In this document: positions 1-13,427 of the stretch, in pieces
Layout of the letters: each line of letters begins with the position of its first letter
Position numbering within the stretch: the stretch's first letter is position 1
Origin: Octopus vulgaris
Taxonomy: Eukaryota
Assembly: GCA_951406725.2 (NCBI GenBank)
Contig: OX597816.1
Location: 135,656,001-135,720,000, forward strand
Direction of reading: 5' to 3'
DNA: 64,000 bases
Translations under genes and position numbers: made by a program
Notes under the pieces: model-generated
The model's database searches: none
Told to the model about the DNA's origin: nothing
What the model saw: the letters and a program-made list of their open reading frames with translations, nothing else

Positions 1-346
1 AAAAATATCTGAATAGTGTAAAAATAGAATCTCACTTATTGTTGAAATTGGTAAGAATTAAACTGGACATCATGGTCACTCTAATGTGGAGAACTTGGAT
101 TATATCTTGATGGAGATATTGCTGCGGTGGAATTGACTAGAAAGAAAGGGATGGTTGGAGAAACTGGATAAAGTCATCATCTACGTTTTTATGTCTTTTT
201 CTCTGCAAGCAGTAACCTATAGCCAGATGCCCTTTCTGATGTCAACCTGTGCTTGTTTTCAAGTAAAGTTATTTATTCTACTGTTCTTTGCATGTTGAAT
301 TGCTTAGCTGTGAAGCACCACTACTCAAAAACATCTTCTCACACAT

Positions 347-393
<47 letters not shown>

Positions 394-949
394 TGGTGCA
401 GCCCCTCAGCTTACCAGCCCTGGTCAAACCATCCAACTCATGCCAGCATGGACGACAGATGCTAAATGATGATGATCACACACACACACACAAAATGGGC
501 TTCTGTACAGTTTACATCCCACCAAATTTCACTTACAAAACACTGTTTAAGCCAAGGTTATTGTACAGTACTACTTGCTCAAGGTGCTGTGCTATGGGAT
601 TGAACCTGAAACCATGTGGTTATGAATCAAACTTTTTAACCACACAGAGGAAGATGTACAAAAGAGACTGTCTGCTTTTTTTTTTTTTTTGGCATAATTA
701 ATTATATCTCTCACCAATACCCATACCCTGTCTCAGACCTCGTGTTTCCTCACATATTTCTGACATCTTGTGTTGCTAATAAAATTAACTAAATAGTGAA
801 AATATATAGATAAAAAGTTGTCTATGGAGGGAATTTAGAAGCAGAAACTCCTCAACATACTATGTATTTGGTTGTTGTTAGGTTTCAAAAATATCAATGA
901 CTTTCTTTTTCTTTTTGCAATTGACACCTTTATGAGTACAAAATATTTG

Positions 950-3830
950 ATTTAATGATTTGAGGTGAATATTATTTTTAGTTTGATATATTTGACATAA
1001 TTGTTGGAAATTTTCTAAATGGACTGGCTGAAGAAGATCTGCATTGATTTTTACCAACATTGAAGAGCCTATTGCTTTTGTAGGCCATCATAAACTAGTA
1101 AAATCAATGAAATTGATGTTCTTTTACAATTGTAAAGTTAATGGCTGCAGGAATAAATCCTAGACAGAGGGATTTAAAAAGGTTGGCAGAAAAGACTTGG
1201 AAAAGGGATTGATGCAAACTTGGTATGTGAATGCAATATGGCTGATGAGTCAGTCAGATGAGGCTGAGTGGAGGTGGCATAATCTCAGCCAGCTTGGAGG
1301 AGCAGAATCCACTGTAGCAGTAACAGAAAGGCATTGTGAGGAAACACGAGGTCTGTGAGACAGGGTATGGGTATTGGTGAGTGACTTCATGTCAATCAGT
1401 CAAGTGGTCTATTTTAAGTATATACTCCAAGATATCTATGCTGTGGGAGCACTGACTTCAGATTTGGGAACAGCATTCCATTGTGGGTCTCACTAATACT
1501 TTGTATAAAGTTAGTAATTGTTGGAAGCTGAAGTATCTTCTAGCCCTAAAGAAGACCAATCTTTGTGATACCGAGACTATGAGAGTGAAAGCAATAATAG
1601 TGAGGCCTGGCAGTTTTAGCTACTTTGTCGGTTCTAGTTGCATATTATTTGTTTGTTCATGTTTACAAAATTAATTGTCTGTTCCATTAGAGTACAGAAT
1701 TTTGTTTGGCTGTCAGGCCCTAAGTAATGCTTTTAACAGCATTTGAATTTCGACCTAAAGGAGAATGCTGTATTAATTTATTGTTCGTGCAGTAAGCTAT
1801 GAAATTCTTACATTCTCTTTATCTCTAGTAATTCAGATTACCAATTGTTTTCTTGATAATTGTACAAAGATACAATCATAATTGAGTTTTTGAGATCTCT
1901 GCAGGTTTGTTATGAGGTGTCTAGGTTGCATGTGGATGCCACTTAAGTGCAGAAGGTTGGGGGTAAGGTTAAGAATGGTATCATCTGTACAATGGTAAGT
2001 ATTGTCAGAGGTGACAGCAAGCAAGTTGTTTGAAGTATAGGAGGAAGAGTTGATAGAGTGTCGGTTAGAGTGAGCTTCATCAGTACATGGTGCAACATGA
2101 CAGGAGACCTCCAATTTCAGAGAAAGACGAAACTCATTGGCAGCTGTTTTGGTTAGACTATTCACATTTCAGGGATGGTCCAATGTTATATTGAATTAAA
2201 ATGTAACAAGTACTTATTTTCATTAAATTTCATGCAGATAAAATCCACTGCTAAGTGACAAAAGAATGCCAGTCTCTAGTAGATTCAGCTCTATGAAAGC
2301 TGTTAATAATGGTTATTAAGAAAAGAGAAGAATTCAAAGTCTTAGTGAATATGGTTGTTAAATATCTCTATCACTTTTGAAACAGAAGTGAGATCAACAG
2401 TTAGCGTGGTTAGAGAAGAAGCCATTCTTGGAAAATACTAGCAAGATTGGAATTGTATAGAAAGTGAGAGGGAAAGATTAAGTGTTTTGGTAAGGATAGA
2501 GGCTAAGTCTTGAGTACATTCTTTCAGGGCTACAGAAGCAACATTGTCATGCCTATATTGTTGTTGGCATGAAACAACTGAGGAGCTTTAGGCGGACATG
2601 TATGTGGTAGAATGGAGAGGTGGCATCAAATAGGAAATGTTACTCTATAGGAATATTGCTTACAAAGCCTTTGTATTTGGAAAGTGAAGGAAGAATGATT
2701 CTGAAAAGGTGGTAGAGATCTTTTTTAGAAGGGAGAAAAAGAATCAATTGCAGTCTTTTTTTTTTCTGCAGATTCCTTGAGGATCTATAATAATATTTTC
2801 ATAGGAGCTGTAGTAATTTCAACACTCAAACACACACACACACATGCATGCGCACGTGTGTGTGTGTGATTTTTTAAAAAATGATGTAATCTATGCTTTT
2901 TGCTTGAACTGCTGCAGTGTAGCTCAATGAATGACTTAGGTGGTTTGTAGTTAAAGTTTTAGTTGCGTTTTATATGGAAGGAGCTGACTAAGTGTATTAT
3001 TTAAGTTGATTACTCAGCTATCTCATATGTATTGATGCTGAAACACATACACTGACATGGATAGTTTGCAAACAACTGGTAGAGCTTCAATCACTCAGCT
3101 GATATGAGGCACTACAAAGTACAAGATGTGTATGGGGTAGGGGAAGAAGTTTGCATAATGTGTAGATATGTATTGCATAATAGATATAAGGTGGTAGTTA
3201 GACGATCTAATAGCTGCAGAGATGCTGATGTATTGGTAGAGGATGTGCTTGACAATAAGGAGATCAACAGTGTTTGGAGTGACATTCAGTGATATATGCA
3301 AGTGATGAAACTAACTGCAAAGAGTTAAGGATTGCAAAAAGTACAGTTTCTGCATTAATATGTGAGATGAGTGCAAGAACCAAGAATTGTAAAGATTGTG
3401 AACATTTCAGTGAACAGAAATCACACACACACATACACATACTCAATGTAGGAAGAGATATAGTGTTGAGGCATTGTTGATAGTGGTAGTAGTAGTTGTA
3501 GGAGTTCAGAGAACAGCAGAGGAATCAGGTGTATTTAGAGAGGTACAAATGGAAACTTTGAAGTTTGAAAGCCTTTGTTGCTGATATCTAGGTGAGTGTT
3601 AGGAAGAGTAGAATCTACATGTGTGCAGTAACCATGTTATAGAGTAAATGTAAATATAGGTGTAATCTGGATGGCATAGATAGACTAAAGATAAGGCATA
3701 AGAGATTTGTATTTCAGAGAGCACAGAGCTTGTAGCTTGTGTGTTAGTAGGTGCTGTTTGGGGCTCTATGATGGATCAAAGTTTATGAATATTACAGAGG
3801 AAGAGGCAAAAATTGTCCAGATGATAAGTG
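950..3830 (-). mobile_element. Old, heavily degraded APE-type LINE (CR1/Jockey group)
   Basis: Minus-strand remnants resemble an APE N-terminus (FLCNIHKL...LSEIQ, ~3700-3810) and RT motifs (ORF 1833-2165 ...NNLLAVTSDNTYHCTDDT, similar to INDL...FADDT). Many stops. Confidence 0.45.
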
Positions 3831-4117
3831 TTATTTTTCAATTGAGACATTTTGTAAACTGAAGTGGGTGTTGACATGCTGCAAGATCATGATAATACTC
3901 TAGAGAGAATCTGATCCAAATGCTTGCAACAGAACCAACTTCGCCAAAGATATTTATGGGCCAGGAGATAGCATTGAACCAAATGATGCGAAGTGGGCAT
4001 ACCTCTATGTAGTGGCTTATCTACCTGGGGCAGCAGAGCCAATATTCAATAATGTGGTATCAGGCATATGATAACCTGGGATCCAACAGCAAAATTGACA
4101 ATTGGTGAAGCAACAGA

Positions 4118-4860
4118 AACAGCATTAAATTAAAATTGTCTTCTGTTTATCATATTAAATGTTTATACCCATAGAAAGAAAGGCATGATGCTGTAATTTC
4201 TATCAGAGAGGAACTCTCCTCAAAGATATGTTGTGTTAAAAACAAAATATATATAAAAGCAAGGCAAATATCATTGTAGTAGTGACTCATATGAACATTT
4301 TGTTCACCTTTTGTTAAGGCTTATCAATGTTGTGAACCCATTTGTCATTTGCTTAGAAAAAAATCTGCACTTTGATATATAGAAAACAGTGAATAATATA
4401 TTCACTGAAATGGCAGAATGCTTGCTGGGTTTTACAAAACTCAGTGAATGCAATTGAAACAACATTAAATTGAAATACCTATCTATGTATCATGTTAAAT
4501 ATATATTTGCCAGAGAAAAGCATGATACTGAGTTTCTGTCTATATGATACACAGACAGTGATTTTAAATTAATGCAGTTTTAATTGTGTTTACCAAGTTT
4601 TTTACAGCCTGACAAGCAACAAACATTCAGCAACATCAGTGTATGAATTATTCATTGTTTTCTACATATATCAAAAGCACATTTCATCTAAGCATGTGAC
4701 AAATGGGTGCATGCACTGACAAGCCTCAAGAAAGTCAGAATGCATTTGTCATTTTCATGAGTCATTGCTGCAACAGTGATTGACTTGCTTCAATATATAT
4801 TGTGTTTTTAGCACAATCTCTAATGAAAAGATTCTTTCTCAGATGAGAACCACAGCAGAA
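4118..4860. repeat. Ancient partial-tandem plus inverted repeat (~340-bp unit), Penelope pLTR-like arrangement
   Basis: 4118-4205 recurs directly at 4458-4540. 4185-4495 is the diverged reverse complement of 4540-4860. Degenerate hammerhead-like cores in both arms. Confidence 0.6.
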
Positions 4861-5700
4861 TACCTAGTACAGTTTACATATATTTAGTATGATATACATA
4901 TGGCTAAATTGACAGTGTTAAAAACATCAAAAAGTAGACTAGGAGCAAGAAAAAGACAAACACAAGTGAGACACTTTGCCAATAGTAAGATAAGAGTGGG
5001 GGATACAGAGAGTGAGAGATGCAGAGAAATATTTAGAGGTTGTTAAGGAACTATGTTGCAGATATTATTCTACTACCAGCAAATTTTTTTTTTTTTACTT
5101 TTTATTTATTTATTTATTTATATATTTTTGTTAAAGTCAGATTCTTCACTCACATTTACAGTTAATAACTAAAAATCGTTTTTGCAAATTCCTTGAGGAT
5201 CCATAATTATATTTTCATAGGAGCAGTAATGTTCAAGATTTTTTATGGTTAACTTGTTTTATCATGAGAGCTTTCTCTTTTACATGTATAACCCATGCTA
5301 GCATGGAAAACGGACGCTAAACGATGATGATGATGATGTTGATGATATATATCTTAGGTCCTGGTAGAGTATAAAGGTAGGGTATTTCCCCAAGTTCTGG
5401 GATTTCAACACTGTCAGATTCCAGATTAATACTGAAATTCTTCAAGTGTAGAAAATCCTGATTTCACAACAGTAAAACTGTTGTGTAGGTGTAGCAAAGA
5501 GTAAGCTATAATCAAAATAATAAGACAAAGAAATACTCCAACACATCTTTAATTATTTGTTATAATTGTTTCTGTACTAACTCTGCTTGCAACTCCAGTT
5601 TATGTAATATTCAAAGTGAAAATTTACATAGTATTTGCAGTTTTAGACATTAGAGTGGTCATCATACTTACATTAAAGGTGTGCTCTTACATTGTACATC

Positions 5701-6094
5701 TTACTCTTTTACTCTTTACTCTTTTACTTGTTTCAGTCATTTGACTGTGGCCATGCTGGAGCACCGCTTTTAGTCGAGCAAATCAACCCCAGGACTTATT
5801 CTTTGTAAGCCTAGTACTTATTCTATTGGTCTCTTTTGCCAAACTGCTAAGTTACGGGGACGTAAACATACCAGCATCGGTTGTCAAGTGATGTTGGGGG
5901 GACAAACACAGACACACAAACACATACACACACATACATATATACGATGGGCTTCTTTCAGTTTCCGTCTACCAAATCCACTCACAAGGCTTTGGTTGGC
6001 CCGAGGCTATAGTAGAAGACACTTGCCCAAGGTGGCACACAGTGGGATGGAACCTGGAACCATGTGGTTCGTAAGCAAGCTACTTAACACACAA
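5701..6094 (-). mobile_element. tRNA-derived SINE (octopus OK/OR-like main family)
   Basis: tRNA-like head with B-box-like GGTTCC, CCTTGGGCAAGTGTCTT core, internal TA/TG microsatellite and (AAAGAGT)n tail. More than 10 copies in the window. Confidence 0.85.
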
Positions 6095-7359
6095 CCTTTT
6101 AAATCAGAGTATGGTTAAGGAACGAATAACTAGTATAGAGATCATGTGGGAAGGATTTGCATATATGTATGTGTATATGAACATGTATGTACATGTTTAT
6201 GTATGGATATGCATGTGTGTCATCTGTATGCATGCATATCGACTTATGCGCTGACAATATGCACATCTCTGATCATGAGCAGGAGTAGTGGAGGAGCATC
6301 ATAGCTGAGTTGAGAGGGATTCTTTGGGGGTTTGAATAAATATAACAAAAGCAAAGTGTGGAGGAAATATTAGCCATTTTTCATACTTTCTCAGCATAAG
6401 CAAATAAGAAATAACAGTTGCTACCCAAGGACAACAATCATGTTACAGAGTGTTAGTTAAATAAAGAAAGGTTTAGTCAACCTAATGCTATGATAAGAGA
6501 CTCAGTGGGATTGATCTTAAAGCCATGTGCTTAACCATGCTGGCACCAAAGTTAGCAGAGTCAGAGGGTGTCTCTCTTGGGAATGGGATACTGTAACATG
6601 TTTCCATAGACTGGATATATCACCGTAGAAAAGAAATATTGAAGAGTATTTTGTGAAGCTTGTCACTAACTCAGGAGTGTAAACTGAACTTAAAAACTTG
6701 TTTTGCATATTTCTAATCCTGATGTATCTTTAATTATAAGAAACAATTTCACTAAAATTCACAATGTAATTTTTTTGTATGGGAGGAGTTGTCTTACTGG
6801 TACTTACTTGTTATTCTCCTAAGAAGATGAAAAGCAAAGTTAAATCTATTGTAAACTGAGAATAGATATATTCACCACACATCGTAAAGCATTTAGGTTG
6901 GCTTCCTATGTTGCTTGTGCCATATTCACAACACTTATTGAGATAAGAGTTACTATGGTGTCTTAGTGTTGCAATATCTTACAAAATGACTGGTTCTGGG
7001 TCAACAAACAGTGTACTATTTACATGCACGTGTTATTTCATGTGACTATTTTCACAAGTCAGATAATAGTTCTTATTCTCTATCCTATTACTCACAGTGT
7101 ACAGATATAACGTTTTTTATTTGTATATTGTTCAAGTTGACAAAATCTTTTAGAAATATAACAAATAGGTTTCCTTTTCAGTTAATAATGGATAATTAGT
7201 GAATGGTTGTAAATATCATACTCAGCAAAGAAAAATCATATTTAAATTTATCCTCTGAGTTCATCTGACTCAGCTGGTTGACTAGAGCATGGTGTTGACA
7301 GTTATAACAACAGTGAATATTGAACCATATACCTACAGTTACAATGAATTGTCTTCTAT

Positions 7360-7715
7360 TGATGATGATGACAATGATGATGGCTGTGGTGACAGTGTTG
7401 ATGGTGTTGGTGTAGGTGGTGATGGCAGTTGTGTTGTTATTGTTGGTGGTGGTGGTGGTGGTGGTGGTGGTGGTGGCGGCGGCGGCGGTGATGGTGGTGG
7501 TGGTGGTGGGGTGCTGCTGCTGCTGTTGTTGCTATTGCTGTCACTTGTGCTGCTGCTGTTGCTATTACTGCCACTGGTGATGCTGCTGCTGTTGCTATTG
7601 CTGCTGCTGCTGCTGCTGATGATGATGATGATGACGATGACGACGACGACGATGACGACGACGAAGACGTCAACAATGATGATAATGATGATATTATTGT
7701 TGCTGTTGTGCTGTT
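7360..7715. repeat. Compound trinucleotide microsatellite (GAT/GGT/GGC/GCT/GAC)
   Basis: Directly visible successive triplet runs. They explain the low-complexity ORFs 7289-7780 and 7437-7769. Confidence 0.9.
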
Positions 7716-7899
7716 TCTGTTTTCTGCTTCCTCGTGAATCACGAATTTGTGAGAAGATAAGCCAGTCATTATGTTGTTGAAGCTAAAACTGATGGAATAT
7801 ATGCTTTGTTATTTAGTTATGTCTCCACATTCTGATTTGATTTCAAACTATACTGCTCTTGACTTATGGGATAATAATAATAATAATAATAATAATAAT

Positions 7900-8111
7900 T
7901 TCAAATTTTGGCACAAGGCCAGCAATATCAGGCAAGGAGCTAAGTTAATTACATTGACCTCCAATGTTCAGCTGGTACTTATTTTATCGACCCCAAAAGG
8001 ATGAAAGGCAAAGTCTGCTTCGGCAGAATTTGAACTCAGAGCATACAGACATACAAAATGCCACTATGCATCTTGCCCAGCTTGCAAACAATTCTGCCAG
8101 CTCGCGACCTA

Positions 8112-8157
<46 letters not shown>

Positions 8158-8368
8158 CCTTTCTACTGTAGGTACAAGGCCTGAAATTTTGGGTGAGGAG
8201 AAAGTTGATCACGACTCAGTACTTGACTAGTACTTAATTTATTGACCCCCAAAAGGATGAAAAGCAAAGATGACCTTGGCAGAATTTGAACTAAGAATGT
8301 AAAGACAGACGAAATGCCGCAAAGCATTTTTCCTAGTGCACTAACGATTCTGCTAGCTCACTGCCTTC
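7900..8368 (-). mobile_element. Two tandem tRNA-derived SINEs with Nin/Deu-like central domain and (ATT)n tails
   Basis: Minus strand GAGTTCAAATTC B-box followed by GCCTTTCATCCTTTTGGGGTCGATAAAATAAGTACC. Copies at ~7900-8108 and ~8160-8368, separated by (TAA)n. Confidence 0.75.
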
Positions 8369-8391
8369 AATAATAATAATAATAATGATAA

Positions 8392-10257
8392 TACCACTCT
8401 AATGGAGTATTGACCACAAAAAATATTAATATCAACTGCGACATTTTCCAGTCTGACTCACTTCCACCTTTAATTTTTTACATAGCCCTACAAGTGAATT
8501 TAACAGATCAGGGTATGGATATAAAATTGGCAACCAGAAAATAAGTCACCTATTTTATATGAATAATTTAAAGCTCTATAGCAAAGACAACAATACGCTT
8601 GAAGGACTACTGTGTATTGTAAAAGCATTCAGTTATGACATTGGGATGGAATTTCATCTTGATAAATGTGCCAAGGCCACTTTCCAGAAAGGGAAATTGG
8701 AGACCACACATTCAGTGGTATTGGATATTGAGACAGTCATAAAAGAACTCAAGCAGGAACAAACTTGCAAATACTTCAGAATAAATGAGGGCTCTGGCAT
8801 TCAGCATGCAAGTATGAAAGAGAAGATCAGGAAGGAGTGTTACAGGAGAGTTCAAACAGTCTTAAAATCTGAATTAATTGCACGTAACAAGGTATTAGCT
8901 ATAAATTCCTTAGCAGTTCTGGTTGTTAATCCATAATCTGCTGACTTGTAATAAGATGCATCACCCAAAGGCAGACGCAGATGGTCTTTACCTACCCAGA
9001 GCTCAAGGAGGTCGAGGCTTGATCCAGTTTGAAATCTACAAAACCACCACAATTGGACTGGCAAAATATCTTGAAACATCTAATGACTGGATGCTAAAGC
9101 TTATTGAAAACCATGAAAGACGTAAGGAGCTTCATTTTGCTATGAAGAAGAGCAAAAAATTTTCAAGTGAGTTTATGCATAATACCCAGGTTGAACAGTA
9201 TGATGGAAGTGCAGCTACTGTAGTTCCAAAGAAGGTGAAATCAATAGCAAAGCAAAATGCATTTGAACAATTGGTTGATAGGTGGGAACATAAACTTCTG
9301 CATGGCAAATATGTGGCCTGTAGCAAACAAGCTGATGTAGACTAGAAGCACACCCACCAGTGGCTATGGAGCTCAAAGCTAAAGGCAGAAAGTGAAGGCT
9401 TTATCTTGGCTGCCCAAGGTCAGAGCTTATTGATCTGGAACTATCAAGCAAATGCAATGAAAAACGGTGTAGACCCAAAGTGCTGATACTACAACAATGA
9501 GATAAAAACAGTGGACCACCTAATCTCTGGATGTGAGGTTTTAGCACCTGTAGAATACAAATAATGACATGAGAGAGTTGGCCAATATCTACATTGGATA
9601 ATGCCGGCATTATAAAATCAAAACTGCTGACAAATGGTACAAGCACCATCTTTAGGCTAAGGGATAAATTGTAACTATTCTTTGAGACTTCCCAGTATGT
9701 ACAGACCAACCAGCAAAACAAATAAACCAGATATTGTTGTGAAAGACCAAAACAATAAAGTTTGTTTATTGATTGACATGAACATACCTTGTGACCATAA
9801 TATCTCAGCAAAAGAATTTGATAAGCTCAGAAAATATAAAGATTTGCTAATTGAAATTGAAAAGATGTAGCATCTCAAGACGGTTACAATACCAGTGATT
9901 GCAGAAGCACTTGGAATGATCAAAAAAGGAACTGGAAATTATTTAAGATTGATCCCTGGCTTATCATCCATGCAGGAAGTGCATAAGATTGACTTAACTG
10001 GTACATCACACATATTGAGAAGAGCATTATTGCTGTGAATTTTCTTTCCTTTTTTCCCCCCTTTATTTTATTTGTTTACTTTGTATTTTTTTTCTCTTTG
10101 TCTTCCCCCTTTTCTCTATCACATGACTTTGTAAATGAACAATCTGGTGTGTTTATTTTAATGGCCTACCAATGTACACAATATGTTTCTCTGCCCTAGA
10201 TGTCAGGAAGACACTCAGCAAGAAATGGAAACAGAATTGAAGGAAGATGCTAATGAA
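8392..10257 (+). mobile_element. 5'-truncated R4/Dong-type non-LTR retrotransposon (RT, CCHC knuckle, restriction-like endonuclease), pseudogenised
   Basis: RT C-terminal half (SHLFYMNNLKLY; DIGMEFHLDKCAK), LYLPRAQGGRGL, decayed CCHC (PKC..TVDHLISGC) and RLE motif KPDIVV..LID...K..KY. Flanked by (TAA)n on both sides. Confidence 0.85.
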
Positions 10258-10588
10258 AATAATAATTATAATTATTATAAATACTAATAATATACATGGT
10301 TTGGTGCTTTCAATTCTACACTTTCATTATAAATTTGTCACTTTGGAACAATATCAGAAATTATCATTTTGTTGAAGCTAATCCTCTTAAAGGGCAATCA
10401 TACCCCTTGTATTTTTTTTTATATAATTTATTATAGAAGACATTGAGTCATTATTTAGAAGTAAACTGTCATCAAGCTTTGTCTTGAACATTCTATAGCA
10501 GAGGTAAGTTACAACCCTGGTAAGTGTATTACAACCAGCATCATAGTGAGTCTGCTTCAACCAATTCCATAGTATGTCTGCTACAGCC

Positions 10589-11035
10589 AGTGGTGCCTTA
10601 AGACAGGGGTACACCGGGCAGTTGCTTAGGGACTCTAAGGTTCTAGGAACCCTATTCTGATCTATACATGTGACTTGCTGTCAATAAATAAATACTAAAG
10701 AGTCCAGTACATTGGTTTGCTCAGGGACCTATAATGCTACTAAGGGGCACACTTGGTAGTTATCCAAGGGCTCCAAGTATCAAGGCACTCTATTCTAATT
10801 GATGTACACGGTGACTTGCTGTCAATAAATAAATATTATAGGGCCCAGTGCATTGGTTTGCTTGGGGGCCTATTATGCTGTTAAGGGAAACACTGCGAAG
10901 TTGTCCAGGGGCTCCAAGAGTCTAGGGGTCCTATTCTAATTTATGTATGCTGTGGCTTGCTGTCAATAAATAAACAGTATAGAAACCAGTGCATTGATTT
11001 GCTCAGGAGCCTATAATGCTGCTAAGACAACCCTG
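10589..11035. repeat. Three diverged 141-bp tandem units inside a MITE-like element
   Basis: TCAATAAATAAA starts at 10681, 10822 and 10963 (period 141). Imperfect terminal inverted ends CAGTGGTGCCTTAA / CTAAGACAACCCTG. Confidence 0.75.
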
Positions 11036-13059
11036 ACCATAACCATTGTTATATCCATTACCTACTTCCACTTATTTTAAGTTGAACAGTTTTGTAAACT
11101 TCTTTATAGAAGCTCACTTATAAGGTGTTAGTGTCAATGTAAGTGTCTAGGCTAGTTTCTAGCTCACTTACTAAATCATTATCATGATTAAGAGATGAAG
11201 TTTCTTTGGTCACAACAAGTGCATTAAAAAGATCTACAACTATTTCATTGTTTATAAGTTTTTAACTTATGTTCAATGTTGTTTAATAGGTTCAAATACT
11301 ACTGGTTGACTATGGCTAATTATACATAGCAGAACACAGCATACAAAATACTCCACTGTGTGTGTTTAAACATACTTAGTCTTACCATAAAGATTTTTTT
11401 TTTTTTGCAGTTCAAACAAAAGTTAATGAGAACATGTGACTAACAGCCTAGTTATTGTAATTTCAATTCCCTTTTGATTCTCCTCATACCCTGTATGCAT
11501 GGTATCATGAGTATTCTCTTCTTCAGATATACAAAATGTGGGGATGATGTAAGAAAAAGCAATCAACGTCCATTACACATTTCTCCACACAACATATGAC
11601 ATAATAGTTAACTGAGTTTATCAGCATCCACTGAATCAATAAAATAAGTACTTGCCATCTATTGTTATAGGTAATAAAATCATACAATATTTATTATGTT
11701 ATATTTTGGGTAACAGATAAGCTATTTCTGTGCAATAGGTATAGCAGAAAAATTGCCTAATGACTGACAAGTTGGTTTACACAAACAATCTTAATAAAGC
11801 ACTTTCTAAAACTGAATAGTTACATGTATATCCTGCAAGCTATTTGATAACATCAAGGTACTTCATGTAAGGTGTGGAATCACAAAGAAGAATTTTTTCA
11901 CTCTATTGTCTCTTTAGCTTGAAAGTTATGGCCTCATGTCTTGTCATTTAGAACAGTATGAAGCTCTTTTAAAATATTTTAATCTGAATGTAACTATGTG
12001 TTTAAAGAAGCGTGAACTGTACTTCCTTAAAAAAATTATGTTTATTACTTCAGGAAAAACAAGTAAGAGAATAAAATATTCATGTGTGTGTGTGTGTGTG
12101 TGCATGCGTGTGTGTGTGTGCATGCGTGTGTGTGTGTGCACATGTGCACATACACACATGCATGTGTTGGTATTTCATTGAATCTGCAGCACTCCTCTTT
12201 GCTAATCCTGTATTATTCATTTACATTACATATCAATACTAATATAGTTAATTCAGTAACTGTAGCTTCTCAAACCTTTCCTCCCTCTATTTGGTGTGCG
12301 ACCTTTATGTCAACAATAAATATTCAATAAATCATAAACAAGACATTCCTTTGAGATCATAATAATTCATTTCTTTCAAGTAACTGCAAATTCTGAGCAT
12401 TTACATACTGCCCATATATTATAACCATACAACATTAACATCTTATATATTATATCTGTACAACATCAACAACCTAATTTTGCATGATTTTTATAGAAAT
12501 GTTTCTTACACCAACAGTAGTTCTGTAAACTAATCAAATTCCAAAACTAATTACTCTCTAAACTTATGTACTGAGATAACAGAAGAATATACGTTACCTC
12601 AAAAAATGATTTCAAATTTACAATTGTATATGAGTTAGCAGAATTGCAATAATAGTTTAACTTTAAAATGAGAAAACTTATGAAATTTACTTATAATGAA
12701 TTTAATCAAAATAAATGTACGCAAATGAATACAATATATTTTTATATGCTTAGTGCATTTATTTGTTTAAATTTTAAAAAAAAAACACTGACAAATATTT
12801 TGAATCTAATACTTTGAAAGAAGTTTACAAGAAGTTTACTACAAGAAGTTTACAACAGGTATTAAAAAATGCTGCAGTTTATTAGACTTTTGCAAAGATT
12901 GGTTTAATATAAGTGGTTGATAAATTTATGTAATTTTTTAAATTTAAATGCAAAGAAACAAAAAAAAAAGAGAGATCAGAAAGGAAAAGAAAGAAAAGGA
13001 AAAAATGGGGAAGGGTAAAGTAGCAGACGATGGAAGAAGAGGGGATGATAGATCGCATA

Positions 13060-13290
13060 TCTCAGAACAAATGGTGTGATCAGCTGCACCCCACGGTAAT
13101 GACCACAATGGCATTGCTGCGGAGAATGGCCAGCAACACTCATTTTAACAGCCACTCCACCTTATGGGGCTCATTTCTCTGACAGGCCACTCTTATCCCT
13201 ATTTTGAAGAGGTAATCAGTAGTATGGAGCCCTAGAACACATAACATCTTGATGGTAACCAGCCCAAACTGATAGCACTTTTTTCTTGTA
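13060..13290 (-). mobile_element. 3' fragment of a CRE-clade non-LTR element
   Basis: Minus translation VEWLLK*VLLAILRSNAIV resembles the CRE C-terminal WL.QRLSLAI.RGNA motif. Confidence 0.4.
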
Positions 13291-13363
13291 GTTCAATTCA
13301 TTTGTTAAACATCATTATTATCACATTTCAGGATTTTTGCATGATTTACCTCTGATATATAAG

Positions 13364-13427
13364 AGAATGGATTGAGATTTTTTGCAGAATGGATTGAGAT
13401 TTTGCAGAATGGATTGAGATTTTTTGC
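13364..13427. repeat. 3 x 20-22 bp tandem repeat AGAATGGATTGAGATTTT(TT)GC
   Basis: Directly visible. Confidence 0.9.

Noticed and set aside
1241-1275. CTGATGAG hammerhead core
   Set aside because: No stem II or GAAA follows. The similar lone cores at ~2077, ~14410 and ~18085 (minus) are also incomplete.
7289-7780. 163-aa ORF with poly-D/G/L/M/T tracts (and an antisense poly-S/A/H ORF)
   Set aside because: It is simply the translation of a compound trinucleotide microsatellite, with no domain or splice support.
10589-11035. CRISPR-like appearance of a recurring conserved core
   Set aside because: The intervening sequences are homologous to each other (tandem repeat), the DNA is eukaryotic and there are no cas genes. 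The same applies to the ~62-bp RTE units.
6517-11630. Possible minus-strand exons (6517-6719, ~7222-7333, ~10403-10578, ~11489-11630) with AG/GT-like ends; the last resembles a signal peptide with an in-frame TAA
   Set aside because: No recognisable protein similarity, phases mostly do not chain, and there is an in-frame stop. RNA-seq would be needed.
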